Under the pieces are notes generated by a model. It was given only the letters and a program-made list of their open reading frames with translations, ran no database searches and was not told where the DNA came from. The position numbers and the translations under genes are program-made. A DNA stretch of 45,034 nucleotides from a virus: the UHGV virus genome UHGV-0114729. The stretch is one strand, 5' to 3'. Shown in pieces: positions 18,215 through 27,988 of this stretch. The first letter of the stretch is position 1; every line of letters begins with the position of its first letter.

Positions 18215-19558
18215 TTAAACGGGGGTGTTTAACAAATCGTCAGCGGCATCAGAAGATGCGCTACCTGCTGGGAGTGCACCGGGTGCGGTTTCCATCAAAC
18301 GATCCAGCGCCGTATCGGTACGCGCCTGGGCACTTTGCGGTGCAGCAGCCAGAATGCGCTGTGCGCTCTCTACCGTCATACCCGGCGTTTCGGCCAGTGC
18401 TCGCGCCTGTGACTCACGCCCTTTAGCCTCATCGCAGTTCAGGATGCCCATGATGCGGCTATTCTCTGCAGCTACTGCTGCAGTAACCTGCGCACTGACA
18501 TCTACAGGGGCCGCTACGGAAGCAATGGTCGTGTCAACGGTAGTGACCTGTTCAGCTGAGGCAGTTGTCTGAGTTGCTGCCTGGTCAACTGGCTTAGTGG
18601 TCACAGCTGAAGCAGAAGGTGATGGCATAGTTCCTCCAAGGGTTGTTTTTTTGCGTCTGTCGAGTGCTTCGCGCATCACGCCGAGCGCATCGGTATTGTT
18701 AACAAGTTCATCCGCCAGTCCGTTATCCAAAGACTCCTGGCCGGAGAATACTGCCGCTTCGGTGTCCAGCACGTCCTGAACAGACATGCCGGTATAAGCG
18801 GAAACCTTTTCGGCAAACATCTGACGAGTGGCATCGATACGCGTCTGGAAATCAGCACGCACATCTTTCGGAAGCTTTTCGTAAGGGTTGCCGTCGACCT
18901 TGCGATCGCCGCTGTAAATCAGCGTGACCTCAACGCCGTTAGTTTTGAGCGCAGCGCCATAGTTGCTGTGCGCCATCATGACCCCAATGGAGCCGGTTCT
19001 GGCCGTTTGTGTGACCAGCCGTCGCGATGCCGAACTGGCTATAAGCTGCCCTGCACTGCAGTTCATGTCATTGGCCAGCGCCCAGATGGGTTTGATATCG
19101 CGCATACGGGCTATAATGTCGGCGCAGTCAAACGCCCCGGACACCATTCCACCCGGCGTATCCATATCCAGAAGAATGCCGTCAACGCCGGGGTCACTGA
19201 TTGCCTGCTGCAGGCGAGCAATGATCCCGTTGTAACCCGTCATGCCGGAATAAGGCTGAAGCGCACGGGTTTTACTGACCAGCGTGCCGGAAACCGGCAA
19301 GACCGCGATACCATTTGCCACCTGATAGCTGCGTGATGGACGGGGATCCATGTCATCATCCTCACCAAACAGCGCCAGCGGTTCGGCTATTTGTCCGGCA
19401 TCAAGCGTGATGCCAGAGACGGTATCTGTCAGCCGGGTGATGCCCAACTGGCCAGCCAGCGCGCAAAAGAAAACCCGCGCATAGGCGGGTTCAAGCATCA
19501 GCGGCTCATTAAAGGCCATACTGGCAATATGCGGAAGATTACGCAGCTCGTGCGCCAT
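18215..19558 (-). CDS. C: Head maturation protease / scaffold C (S49 family; Nu3 nested in frame)
   Basis: 447 aa, lambda gpC-like end to end. Confidence 0.95.
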   Translation of the reverse strand: MAHELRNLPHIASMAFNEPLMLEPAYARVFFCALAGQLGITRLTDTVSGITLDAGQIAEPLALFGEDDDMDPRPSRSYQVANGIAVLPVSGTLVSKTRALQPYSGMTGYNGIIARLQQAISDPGVDGILLDMDTPGGMVSGAFDCADIIARMRDIKPIWALANDMNCSAGQLIASSASRRLVTQTARTGSIGVMMAHSNYGAALKTNGVEVTLIYSGDRKVDGNPYEKLPKDVRADFQTRIDATRQMFAEKVSAYTGMSVQDVLDTEAAVFSGQESLDNGLADELVNNTDALGVMREALDRRKKTTLGGTMPSPSASAVTTKPVDQAATQTTASAEQVTTVDTTIASVAAPVDVSAQVTAAVAAENSRIMGILNCDEAKGRESQARALAETPGMTVESAQRILAAAPQSAQARTDTALDRLMETAPGALPAGSASSDAADDLLNTPV

Positions 19559-21131
19559 CTTGCTCCTCCTCGTTTGATTTTTTCACTCCGGCCTCAAAAG
19601 CTGCAGCGGCCCATGCCGGTGGTTTCAGACCCGCAGCACGACGCTCCATGGTTTCCCGGACCTGCTGGGCAAAAATCTCCTGATAATCATCACCGCGTTT
19701 GGCGCACTCTTTTTCATACGTGCTGAGACCTGCCTCAATGAGCATGACGGCCTCCTGTACCTCTTTCAGCCCGTCAATTGCCATTCGACCAGAGCCAATC
19801 CAGTTGGCATTCCCCCAGGCTGTTCTCGCCTCCTGGAAACTGAACCGGGCTTTCGAAGGAAGCGTGACCACGCGGCGGACAATCGCCTCTTCAAGCCAGC
19901 AAAGAAACATCTGACAGGCCTGTCGGGATGCCACAAACTTGCGACGCCCCATAAAGTACGCCCAGGACTCGTTAGCACTTGCGCGTGCGGTCGAGTAGCT
20001 CATCTGCGAATAGTTTCGCGAAAGCTGCTCATACGACACACCAAGCCCAGCGGCAATATAACGCAGCAGGGACTGTTCAAAAGTCGAGTAGCCGTTATCG
20101 GTATCCTGCGCCGACTGAAGGTTGAGAGAATCACCCGGCAACAGGTGTGGAACCCTTGCCCCACCCAGGCGAACAGGCGCAGCTGAGTAATAGGACGCCA
20201 TTTCACCGAGCCAGCCCGTAAGTTTGCTCTGCTGCTCTTTATTATCCGCGCCGAGAATAAAGTCCATCGCCGATTGGGTATCCAGTTCACTCTCGATGGT
20301 AGCGGCATACATAGCCTTCACTATCGCGCTCTGGAGCTGGGTATTTTGCAGGGTATCGAGCATTTTCATCTGCTCCATCACGCTGTAAAACGCATTGGCC
20401 CCACGGGTCTGTCCATCCTCCATCGGTTCGAATACATGGATAAATGAAGGTCGACCGCCGGGTAGTTCGCGAGGAATGTAGGTCCAGTTCTGCGCCATCC
20501 AGCCGGGATAACCATCGTCGCTGACGTAATATCCCAGCGCAGCACCGCTATCATTTATTTTCACACCGGCGCGACAGTTCCGGGTATCACCGATATTATT
20601 CGGATTGCTGACGCGCTTCGGACTGACCATTTTGAACTGAGTACGGAAAAGACGCGTTGAATCGCTGTCCCAGGTCGCCTGCGTGCATAATTCACCGTTA
20701 AACGCGTGCATGGCCACACCTTCTCGGATCATCATCGTAAACGTTCGCTTACGCTCGGCATCAATCCCGCAAAAGTCGTCCTCGGCATACTCATTCCATG
20801 CAGCTTCCACATCCCGCGAGAATGCCCGTGAATCCTCCTCATTTATTCCCAGATAACGCCAGCTTGGTCGATAACTGAGTCTGAAAAATGACCCGACGAT
20901 GTGGTCCTGGTGGAGCTGCACGGCGTTTGCCGCGTAGCCATTATTTCGCACCAGATCGTCAGCGCGGGCATTTCCGCGAGAATAGTTGGGTAGGAGTGCG
21001 GCATCTGCACTTTCACTCGGCGGATTCCAGCCTCGCAGCTGCCCACCAAACCCGCCTCCACTGCCATGATATCCTGCGTATTCCCGAAGGGATGTTTTCC
21101 CGTCAGGTCCCACCAAAGATGGTATTTTCAT
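19539..21131 (-). CDS. B: Portal protein B
   Basis: 530 aa, lambda gpB-like. Confidence 0.95.
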   Translation of the reverse strand: MKIPSLVGPDGKTSLREYAGYHGSGGGFGGQLRGWNPPSESADAALLPNYSRGNARADDLVRNNGYAANAVQLHQDHIVGSFFRLSYRPSWRYLGINEEDSRAFSRDVEAAWNEYAEDDFCGIDAERKRTFTMMIREGVAMHAFNGELCTQATWDSDSTRLFRTQFKMVSPKRVSNPNNIGDTRNCRAGVKINDSGAALGYYVSDDGYPGWMAQNWTYIPRELPGGRPSFIHVFEPMEDGQTRGANAFYSVMEQMKMLDTLQNTQLQSAIVKAMYAATIESELDTQSAMDFILGADNKEQQSKLTGWLGEMASYYSAAPVRLGGARVPHLLPGDSLNLQSAQDTDNGYSTFEQSLLRYIAAGLGVSYEQLSRNYSQMSYSTARASANESWAYFMGRRKFVASRQACQMFLCWLEEAIVRRVVTLPSKARFSFQEARTAWGNANWIGSGRMAIDGLKEVQEAVMLIEAGLSTYEKECAKRGDDYQEIFAQQVRETMERRAAGLKPPAWAAAAFEAGVKKSNEEEQDGARAA

Positions 21132-21334
21132 ACGTAAAACCCTGCTGGCCCCCGGCGTCGTGATGTGGTGCCAACCTGAGATTCAAGGTCAGCAATATAT
21201 TTTTTGAGATCGCTGACTGAAGTGGCTGTAAATTCCACTCTTCGACCGTCTTTCTGTACCGTCGCCACGCGCTTTCCCATCATCAGGTCATGTAACGCAG
21301 CGCGCGCGGCATCCAGTTCAGTCTGTGTTGCCAT
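21128..21334 (-). CDS. W: Head-tail connector protein W
   Basis: 68 aa, lambda gpW-like ([20 protein letters not shown]). Confidence 0.95.
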   Translation of the reverse strand: MATQTELDAARAALHDLMMGKRVATVQKDGRRVEFTATSVSDLKKYIADLESQVGTTSRRRGPAGFYV

Positions 21335-23256
21335 TATTCATCTCCAGATAATGCCCGCGCGTAATCCGCCAGGGTCTTGTTATTGTTACGGCTGCCTTCT
21401 TCCTCCAGCAGGCTGGCCAGAAGTGAATCAAGATTTAGCTGCCAGCGGGATATGCTTATACGCAGCGCCGCCAGTGCATAAACAAAGCAATCGAGCGCCT
21501 CATTTCGTCGTTTTTTGCTGTCCCAGACGATTTTCTTACGCCCGTCCACCCATTTTTCAACCTGCTCCTCAGCAGTAAGCTGCTGCGCCTCAGCCAGATC
21601 ATAAATTTCGGGGTTATTGGGAAAATGCACGGCACCGGCAAGAGGTTCACTCCCTTCCGGCTGAAGTGTGAAGCGGTTATAAATCTGCTCCTTTGCGGTA
21701 TCAGTCCCCACTTCCGTCAGATAAACGCCGTTCTTGTTGCGTTTACGCGGCATATTCGCGACAGGCTTACCGTAAACGGAAGCCCCTTTAATCGGGATCA
21801 CGCGAAACAAACCATGCTTTTTTGAGCGATTGTAGACAATGGTGGGGTCAATACCGCCGATATCCCAGCAGATACGGGATACCGACATTTCCACGCCATT
21901 CTTTCGGAGATAGGTTTTGTTAATCGCCTCGTCCACCCTGACGAGGGTCGCTTCATCATCATGACGGCCCATAATGATCTGCCGGTCAATCAGCCAGCTT
22001 TCCTCACCGGGCCCCCATCCCCAGACGCGCATTTCATATCGATCCAGTTGGGAGTCGATCCCGGCTGTCAGATAAGCAACACGCTCCGGTACGGATGCCC
22101 CGAAGAACTCTTTGCGTTCGGCCATGAGCTCCGCGTCAGGCCGTTCACCAATTTTAGGCTCCCATGTTTCGCCCAGAGTGGTGTTCACGAAGGTTTTACG
22201 CTTTCCTGTATCCCCTTTCGTTTTTAGCCAGTCTTTAACGATCTGAACCCAGGTGGTAAACGGGCTGTATGCCGTCCAGATGTGAAACGTCACGCTGTCT
22301 GGCGGGTCGATTTCGGTGCCTGTTGATGAAAACCAGGATAAACCGTCGCGCGTCCAGATCCCGGTGGTGTCGCAGATGTAACGAGCTTCAGTGAAATCCA
22401 GCTCCTGCTGCTTAATGACGCAGGCATTATGTTCACACAGGTAAAAGACGCTGGAGGGTTCGCCCGGTGTCCATTTCAGCCCGAACGGGGTCTCTTTGTC
22501 GCCGAATTTAAGGTACTGCTCTTCACCACAGTGCGGACAGGCAACATGAAAACGCATGAAATGCCCGGACTCGCTGGCAGCACGCTCAATCTGGCAGGTC
22601 CCCTTTGTTTTTGGCGTTGAGCCGCGAATAGATTTGGGCCAGACAGACCCCTCAATACGTTTATCACCCAGGAACGTCGGGGATCCCTCTTTCTCAATAT
22701 CTTCATCGAATGCCGCCAGTTCATCGTAACCGGCGACATCGACCGATTTCTCACGATAGTTTTTCGCCGCTTTACCACCCAGACACCAGAACCCGCGACC
22801 GTTGGAGAAGCGTTTCATACTGAGCGTATTGTCCCGGTGCTTTTTTCCATACCAGGGGGCCAGCGCCAGAAGTGACGGAATATCGCGAATCGTCGGCTCA
22901 ACATGCGACTTCATAAAGTTTTCGGCGTCACCATCAGTAGGCAGCCAGATAAGGGAATTTCGCTGCTTGTGCTGAATAAAATACGCATAAACACCCAGCA
23001 ACATTTTTGAATAGCCAACACGGGCAGACTTAACAACGTTGACCTCACGTATGTAATCGTTACCCATCGCATTCATGATCGCGCGTTGAAACGGCAACGT
23101 TTCCCAGCGCCCTTCCTGGTAGGCCGACTCTTTGGGGAGATAGTAATTATCGTCTGCCCATTCAACCGCCGTTTGCGGCTCAGGTCGGTACAGCGAAAGT
23201 AGACCCGCGCGCGCAGAGTGCTGCAGCCCCTTAACCTGACTGTTCGATATATTCAC
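21334..23256 (-). CDS. A: Terminase large subunit A
   Basis: 640 aa, lambda gpA-like from MNISNSQV to the C-terminus. Confidence 0.95.
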   Translation of the reverse strand: MNISNSQVKGLQHSARAGLLSLYRPEPQTAVEWADDNYYLPKESAYQEGRWETLPFQRAIMNAMGNDYIREVNVVKSARVGYSKMLLGVYAYFIQHKQRNSLIWLPTDGDAENFMKSHVEPTIRDIPSLLALAPWYGKKHRDNTLSMKRFSNGRGFWCLGGKAAKNYREKSVDVAGYDELAAFDEDIEKEGSPTFLGDKRIEGSVWPKSIRGSTPKTKGTCQIERAASESGHFMRFHVACPHCGEEQYLKFGDKETPFGLKWTPGEPSSVFYLCEHNACVIKQQELDFTEARYICDTTGIWTRDGLSWFSSTGTEIDPPDSVTFHIWTAYSPFTTWVQIVKDWLKTKGDTGKRKTFVNTTLGETWEPKIGERPDAELMAERKEFFGASVPERVAYLTAGIDSQLDRYEMRVWGWGPGEESWLIDRQIIMGRHDDEATLVRVDEAINKTYLRKNGVEMSVSRICWDIGGIDPTIVYNRSKKHGLFRVIPIKGASVYGKPVANMPRKRNKNGVYLTEVGTDTAKEQIYNRFTLQPEGSEPLAGAVHFPNNPEIYDLAEAQQLTAEEQVEKWVDGRKKIVWDSKKRRNEALDCFVYALAALRISISRWQLNLDSLLASLLEEEGSRNNNKTLADYARALSGDE

Positions 23257-23776
23257 TCAGCAACCCCGGTATTATTTCATCCAGCGCAGCTGCTTTGTTC
23301 ATGGCTTTAATGATGTCCTTCTTGAGGAAATCAATATGTCGGTTTTCCAGCTCCGGGAAGCGCCGCTGAACCGACAGAGGAACTCCATCAAGAATGCTGG
23401 CTACTTCTCCGGCCATCCGCGACAGCACGAACGTGCAGAATGCGGTTTCCACCACCTCAGCGGAATCTTTTGCATTTTTTAGTTCCTGGGCATCTGCCTG
23501 CGCTCGGGTGAGGCGGTGACGCTCATAGTCAATCGTACCAGGCTGAAGGTCGGATTCCGATGCAAGACGAAGGTCTTCCACCTCCTTCCGTAATTTCTCA
23601 TTCTCAATCGCCGCGTCGCGTGCGGAATACCATTCGATAGCCGCGGAAGATTCATAGAGGACCTCATTACCTTTTCCACCGCCACGTGCTACAGGCATTC
23701 CCTGATCCTGCCAGTTCTGAATGGTTCGCACGCTGACCCCAAATATTTCAGAAAGACGCTTTTTGTTGACCTCCAT
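23231..23776 (-). CDS. nu1: Terminase small subunit Nu1
   Basis: 181 aa, lambda Nu1-like (MEVNKK, IRTIQNWQ, C-terminal [10 protein letters not shown]). Confidence 0.95.
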   Translation of the reverse strand: MEVNKKRLSEIFGVSVRTIQNWQDQGMPVARGGGKGNEVLYESSAAIEWYSARDAAIENEKLRKEVEDLRLASESDLQPGTIDYERHRLTRAQADAQELKNAKDSAEVVETAFCTFVLSRMAGEVASILDGVPLSVQRRFPELENRHIDFLKKDIIKAMNKAAALDEIIPGLLSEYIEQSG

Positions 23777-23953
23777 AGCTCACTCCATACACAAAAACAG
23801 AGAAAGGAAACGCCCTCTGGCTATTTAGCCGTTTTTAAGGCTTATCATTTCCTTTCTTTTCAGGGGGTGTTTACAGTTAAAACAATGAATTAGCGAGAAG
23901 AAGAACGGAAACGGCAAATGCCTGAAAATTTTCATAAATAGCGAGAATCTGCG

Positions 23954-23965
23954 AGGTCGCCGCCC
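23954..23965 (-). other. cosN cohesive-end site (GGGCGGCGACCT on minus strand)
   Basis: Exact lambda 12-nt cohesive end; flanking sequence toward Nu1 resembles the lambda left end (cosB region). Confidence 0.85.
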
Positions 23966-24260
23966 CGTAAGAAGACGATAAGCTGGAAAGGACCCGAATA
24001 ATGCATACATCCGCATATATTATGGGCCCACACTCAAGCAAATAACTTGTATATGGTCGTAAAATCCTAATAGCATCTACCAAAGCAAACTATTGAAATT
24101 AACCTGTTCATCATGCTTTAAAATAAACCTATGTAATTAACATTTCCACTTAGTTCCAAACTGTTGTGTGTAGCAACTGACACATAGCCAAGAAATAAAT
24201 ATCGTCGCAACTTATATGTCACCCCACTAAACCTTATCAACAAACTTACACGTTAAACAC

Positions 24261-25148
24261 TTAATCCCTATCTAAAATCCCTTTCTTATAAGCCCTAGCA
24301 AGATAAAGTAGGTTACTTTCCTTATCATCACTATGTAAAATCTCAGCATGCTTATCACTTACTTTAATGAATCCCTTCGCAGCCTGCAGAAGCCCCAAAC
24401 CTGTCACCAACGGATTTTCCGTGTCGCTAACACTAATAATCGCTCCTAAAACAATATTAACCATATCGTCAGAACCTGGCATTTCAAAACTTAAATTGTA
24501 GCGATTTAAGAACCAACCTTTATTAATTTCACTAATTCTGTTTATATCTTCCAAGGAATTACGGAAGCGTTCATAAGCCTTTTTTTGAAAAAGCGGCTCA
24601 TCGGGAGCATAAGCAACATCTTGGTATAAGTCATCCAGATAATTATGGAACGCATCATAATCAACTTTATATTTATGCTTAAACTCAAGTATCTGCTCAG
24701 GATGGATATGTGGTCCGGGAACAGGAAGTGCATCAAAGAGTTCAAGTTTTAAGTTCGTATTTCTATCACTTGTCCCATTCCCCCCTATAAATTCCTCTCC
24801 TATCTGATGTAAATTCCAGTCACGCTGAGGCTCATCCTTCCTTAACTTACTAAGTATCTCAACCTGACGTTTTGGGAACTCTATCGGGTACTGATCGCTA
24901 TTGAATCCGATAGACACTACTGGTCTAGACAAAAAGTCCAAACCAATCAATATATCTTCTCGGGGTAATTGAAAATATATTTCTCTTGAGCCTGGAATTA
25001 CTAATCTATCCCAAAAAAGAGTGTAATAATTCAAATCTTCTTCATTCAACCCTCGCGCTGTCTGGAATCCACCAGTGGGCAAAACTTCCGTCATAACAGG
25101 TGAAGCAACAACACATCTTTCCACAATATTCCCCTTAGTAGTTTTCAC
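24261..25148 (-). CDS. Hypothetical protein, AT-rich cargo gene between Rz and cos
   Basis: 295-aa ORF; GC content visibly lower than flanking phage genes; AT-rich flanks; first codon is GTG and the true start is uncertain (GTG at 25124 has a better SD); contains RDWNLH. Confidence 0.55.
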   Translation of the reverse strand: MKTTKGNIVERCVVASPVMTEVLPTGGFQTARGLNEEDLNYYTLFWDRLVIPGSREIYFQLPREDILIGLDFLSRPVVSIGFNSDQYPIEFPKRQVEILSKLRKDEPQRDWNLHQIGEEFIGGNGTSDRNTNLKLELFDALPVPGPHIHPEQILEFKHKYKVDYDAFHNYLDDLYQDVAYAPDEPLFQKKAYERFRNSLEDINRISEINKGWFLNRYNLSFEMPGSDDMVNIVLGAIISVSDTENPLVTGLGLLQAAKGFIKVSDKHAEILHSDDKESNLLYLARAYKKGILDRD

Positions 25149-25398
25149 TCAAAAGCTTAGGAGAAAGTAACTATCACACCCACAAAAAAAAGTAAACGAA
25201 AAATACTGTATACTTGATTTGGATTATGAAACTCTATCAGTCACGCTTGTGGCAATAATAAAAATAATCGACAACATCGGAATACCTAATAAACAATCAT
25301 CTCAAAAATGAAATCTACTAGCATTTTTCAGAACGTCTTTTTCATAAACTAGTACATAGAACAGTTTGACTGACTTCATAAAATTTATTTTTCCCTAG

Positions 25399-25920
25399 TT
25401 AATGAGATGCTCGAACATTTTCTATCTCTCGAATCCCTGCAAAGCGCTTGTTGCCCTTTTCGATAAGTGACAGTAACGGTTTTATCCAAAGCACTGCCTG
25501 ACAATATGTCATTGGGCTGGTGGTAACGGCACGATCATCGGCTGAGTTAAGTTTGTCGGTATCGGTGTGCATGGCGCTGGCACGTAAACGGTACGCGTAT
25601 TCGAGCAGCCCACCAGCAATGTCAGCAGGAACAGGCAGATCACAGGTTTTTTCACGGCGGAGAATCTCCCGGTATTCGATAACTGTTTCTTCAGTACTGG
25701 TGTCGATCAGGGAGTTAAGCCTGATGGCATGTTCGGCAACCTGATTGAATCGATTGAAGTTGAATGCCTGGGTGGCGATCACCTGCCCCTGCATAGAATT
25801 GTCGCTTCGCAGAACGTCGTTATCGCTCTGAAGGCTACTGGCGTCGGAGCAACTCTTAACGAGAGCGACCGAAAGGACAGCAATAACAACAACGCCGATA
25901 AGACCCGGATTAATTTTCAT
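25399..25920 (-). CDS. Rz: Rz i-spanin
   Basis: Start MKINPG at 25920 overlaps the endolysin stop (ATGA); N-terminal transmembrane segment then coiled-coil periplasmic domain. Confidence 0.8.
   Translation of the reverse strand: MKINPGLIGVVVIAVLSVALVKSCSDASSLQSDNDVLRSDNSMQGQVIATQAFNFNRFNQVAEHAIRLNSLIDTSTEETVIEYREILRREKTCDLPVPADIAGGLLEYAYRLRASAMHTDTDKLNSADDRAVTTSPMTYCQAVLWIKPLLSLIEKGNKRFAGIREIENVRASH
25509..25655 (-). CDS. Rz1: Rz1 o-spanin lipoprotein, embedded in the +1 frame of Rz
   Basis: Hand-translated: GTG start after GGGAG, MKKPVICLFLLTLLVGC lipobox, proline-rich mature part, 48 aa; not on the ORF track because it is under 60 aa. Confidence 0.7.
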   Translation of the reverse strand: MKKPVICLFLLTLLVGCSNTRTVYVPAPCTPIPTNLTQPMIVPLPPAQ

Positions 25921-26465
25921 TGGTCTAACCCCCAGCACGCCAGTGCGCTTTCCTGGTCCCGTCGCTCAACCTGACCATAGCAGCCATTCTTCTGGCCTTT
26001 GGTTAGACGGCAATCACGGCCACCGTCTTTAATCCACCAGCGGATAGCTTCACAGGCTCCTTTCGTATCGCCAGCATTAATTCGCTTATAGAACGTAGAC
26101 GGGAAACATTTTCCGGGGCCGATGTTATATGGGCAGAAAGAAGCGATACCCGCTTTCTGTGGTTCGGTCAGTGGTACTTTGATATTTCGGTCAACCCACG
26201 CCAGCGCCTTGTCGCGTTCAATGGCGTTTACCTGGGCGCATTTCTCAGCTGACAGCTTCATGCCCTGTACTACTGGCTTGCCATCAACCATTGTTGCACC
26301 ACGGCAAATGGTCCAGAGTCCGCCGCCGTCGCGATATGCTGTCAAGCTGTTACCCTCTTTCTCATCCAGAAACTGATCGAGAATCACGGGTGCGGAAGCC
26401 CCGGCAAGAATCAAACCAACGACCGCTGCGCTCAATTTATTCTTCAGCTTTAGAGACATAGCCAT
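25917..26465 (-). CDS. R: SAR endolysin (T4-lysozyme-like, signal-anchor-release)
   Basis: 182 aa; N-terminal weakly hydrophobic SAR segment; E-x8-D-x5-T catalytic spacing (EGNSLTAYRDGGGLWT); resembles P21 R21. Confidence 0.85.
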   Translation of the reverse strand: MAMSLKLKNKLSAAVVGLILAGASAPVILDQFLDEKEGNSLTAYRDGGGLWTICRGATMVDGKPVVQGMKLSAEKCAQVNAIERDKALAWVDRNIKVPLTEPQKAGIASFCPYNIGPGKCFPSTFYKRINAGDTKGACEAIRWWIKDGGRDCRLTKGQKNGCYGQVERRDQESALACWGLDQ

Positions 26466-26715
26466 TGCGCCGATCCTCCCGTTCTTTCCAGCGGAAATAC
26501 CAGTTCACTGCACAGGTGATTACCGTGCATGCGATACCGACAATAATTGCCCAGTCGCTCAGGCTTAACCCTGCAATTCTGTCGGCCAACATCCAGGACA
26601 CCTCTTTTGCTGTTTTTGCTGTTTCGGCATATGCCTTCGCTGATACACCGCAGCCGGTCAGCGTGGTGCCTGTTCCATATGAAAGTCTGCTGTAAATGGT
26701 GCTCATTCTGGTCAT
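26437..26715 (-). CDS. S: Pinholin (S21-like class II holin) with dual start Met1/Met4
   Basis: 92 aa; MTRM dual-start; SAR-like first transmembrane segment; C-terminal WAIIVGIACTVITCAVNWYFRWKEREDRR resembles S21. Confidence 0.8.
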   Translation of the reverse strand: MTRMSTIYSRLSYGTGTTLTGCGVSAKAYAETAKTAKEVSWMLADRIAGLSLSDWAIIVGIACTVITCAVNWYFRWKEREDRRNGYVSKAEE

Positions 26716-26823
26716 AGCCTCACCTCCGATTCTTCGGATGGCGCTGTGTGTGTATGAAAAGGATCAGGCTTCACTGGCTGGATTTATCAACAAAGCACGT
26801 AGCGGATGATTCCCGGAAGCCTG

Positions 26824-26851
26824 AAATAAAAAAGCCCCGCTATTACGGGGC
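26824..26851 (-). terminator. Rho-independent terminator after the Q-S moron gene
   Basis: Minus-strand GCCCCG-TAATAG-CGGGGC followed by TTTTTTATTT. Confidence 0.7.
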
Positions 26852-26879
26852 AGTTAATAGAATTATAAAGTTTAAAAGT

Positions 26880-27521
26880 TTAAAAGTTTAAAGGAACCAT
26901 AAAGCTACCAGGCTCTGCACCAGCTTCTTTATTTATTTCTTTACGGATTACCTCATTAATCTGAAAAGCCTCATTGTATACTTTTTCTAAGTTAATTGAC
27001 GCCTTCATATTATAGTATGTTTTTTCCTCACAAACATATAACCTTATCGGATATGGCCTAGGGTTGATTGCCTTCCAGTGGGAGATCACAAAATTATAAA
27101 CTGCAATACCATGACCTTTCATCTTCCCTGCTGTAACATCAATGTTTAGCTGATCTAAATACTCATCGAAGTGTTGCAAGGTGTTTCTCACCCTCACGGA
27201 ATTAATTTCCTTAATTTCAATATCTTTTATTTTTTCTTGAAGGTAATTACTTCGCTTAATATGCAATCTGAATTGTTCAGGGGATTCTTCCCTAGTCTGA
27301 TTTTTAGGAACTGCGATTAGTTTCTTGACGTTAGCCGCATCTGAAAGAATACTATTTATTAATATATGAATATTGTAATCAATTTTAAAGTAGTAACCAG
27401 CATCAGGAAGTGGTGTCTCATGAAAGAGCTCTTCACAGCGTGTTTTTATCGAATGAGTTAACAACCATAATTCGTGCAAATAAATAAAATTAAGTTTCAT
27501 TTGCTCAAAGGTTTTTGACAT
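26880..27521 (-). CDS. Hypothetical protein, AT-rich moron between Q and the lysis genes
   Basis: 213-aa ORF with strong SD (AAGGAGAG N6 ATG), own sigma70-like promoter (TTCACA-N18-TATAAA) and own terminator; contains RNTLQH at residues 112-117. Confidence 0.65.
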   Translation of the reverse strand: MSKTFEQMKLNFIYLHELWLLTHSIKTRCEELFHETPLPDAGYYFKIDYNIHILINSILSDAANVKKLIAVPKNQTREESPEQFRLHIKRSNYLQEKIKDIEIKEINSVRVRNTLQHFDEYLDQLNIDVTAGKMKGHGIAVYNFVISHWKAINPRPYPIRLYVCEEKTYYNMKASINLEKVYNEAFQINEVIRKEINKEAGAEPGSFMVPLNF

Positions 27522-27854
27522 AGCGAACTCTCCTTTTCAATAGTCCGCTTTTATAGCATTTACATAAGGGGCCTGTGAATTACTATTCTGTTGCTTACCA
27601 CACTCTCGCAGTGGCCGCGCTCATGCCTTTGAGACCGTAGTCAGGGGTATCTCATGAATCCCTCACCTCTAACCGGAGAACGATTGGCGATCGTTCTGGA
27701 GTACCGGCACACCTCTTCTTTATTAACCCTAACCAGTGTGTGTTGCAGTTCGTACCTGCATCTGGCTCTCATGGAGACTCGGGACCGCATCACGACTGCG
27801 GATTTGCCTATCGGCTGCGGTCTATCCGTTTACTGGTGCATTTTCTTACCCTCC

Positions 27855-27890
27855 AGAAACGCAAAAGCCCCACGGTGTTATCCGCAGGGC
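27855..27890 (-). terminator. Candidate tR'-like terminator downstream of Q
   Basis: Minus-strand 9-bp stem GCCCTGCGG / CCGTGGGGC (two G-U pairs) followed by TTTTGCGTTTCT, about 100 nt past the Q stop. Confidence 0.5.
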
Positions 27891-27988
27891 TTGAAACGAA
27901 GGCATTAACCCATCGTTGGGACAAAATTAACACAGATTCGGGAAAAGTAAATAGCCCGCAACAAAATCGCAGGCTATCGCTACAGGCG
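27891..27988 (-). promoter_or_regulatory. Candidate late promoter (PR'-like) and Q-utilisation region
   Basis: Position immediately downstream of Q and upstream of the terminator; promoter hexamers not confidently resolved. Confidence 0.3.

Noticed and set aside
23825-24083. Two overlapping minus-strand ORFs (63 and 68 aa) across cos
   Set aside because: They span cosN and the cosB-like region, are AT-rich low-complexity, and are not coupled to anything; more likely non-coding packaging-site DNA.
26865-26893. Tandem AAGTTTAAA repeats and other short tandem repeats as possible CRISPR array
   Set aside because: Only three to four contiguous copies of 9 bp with no spacers; no CRISPR-like repeat-spacer architecture anywhere in the window.
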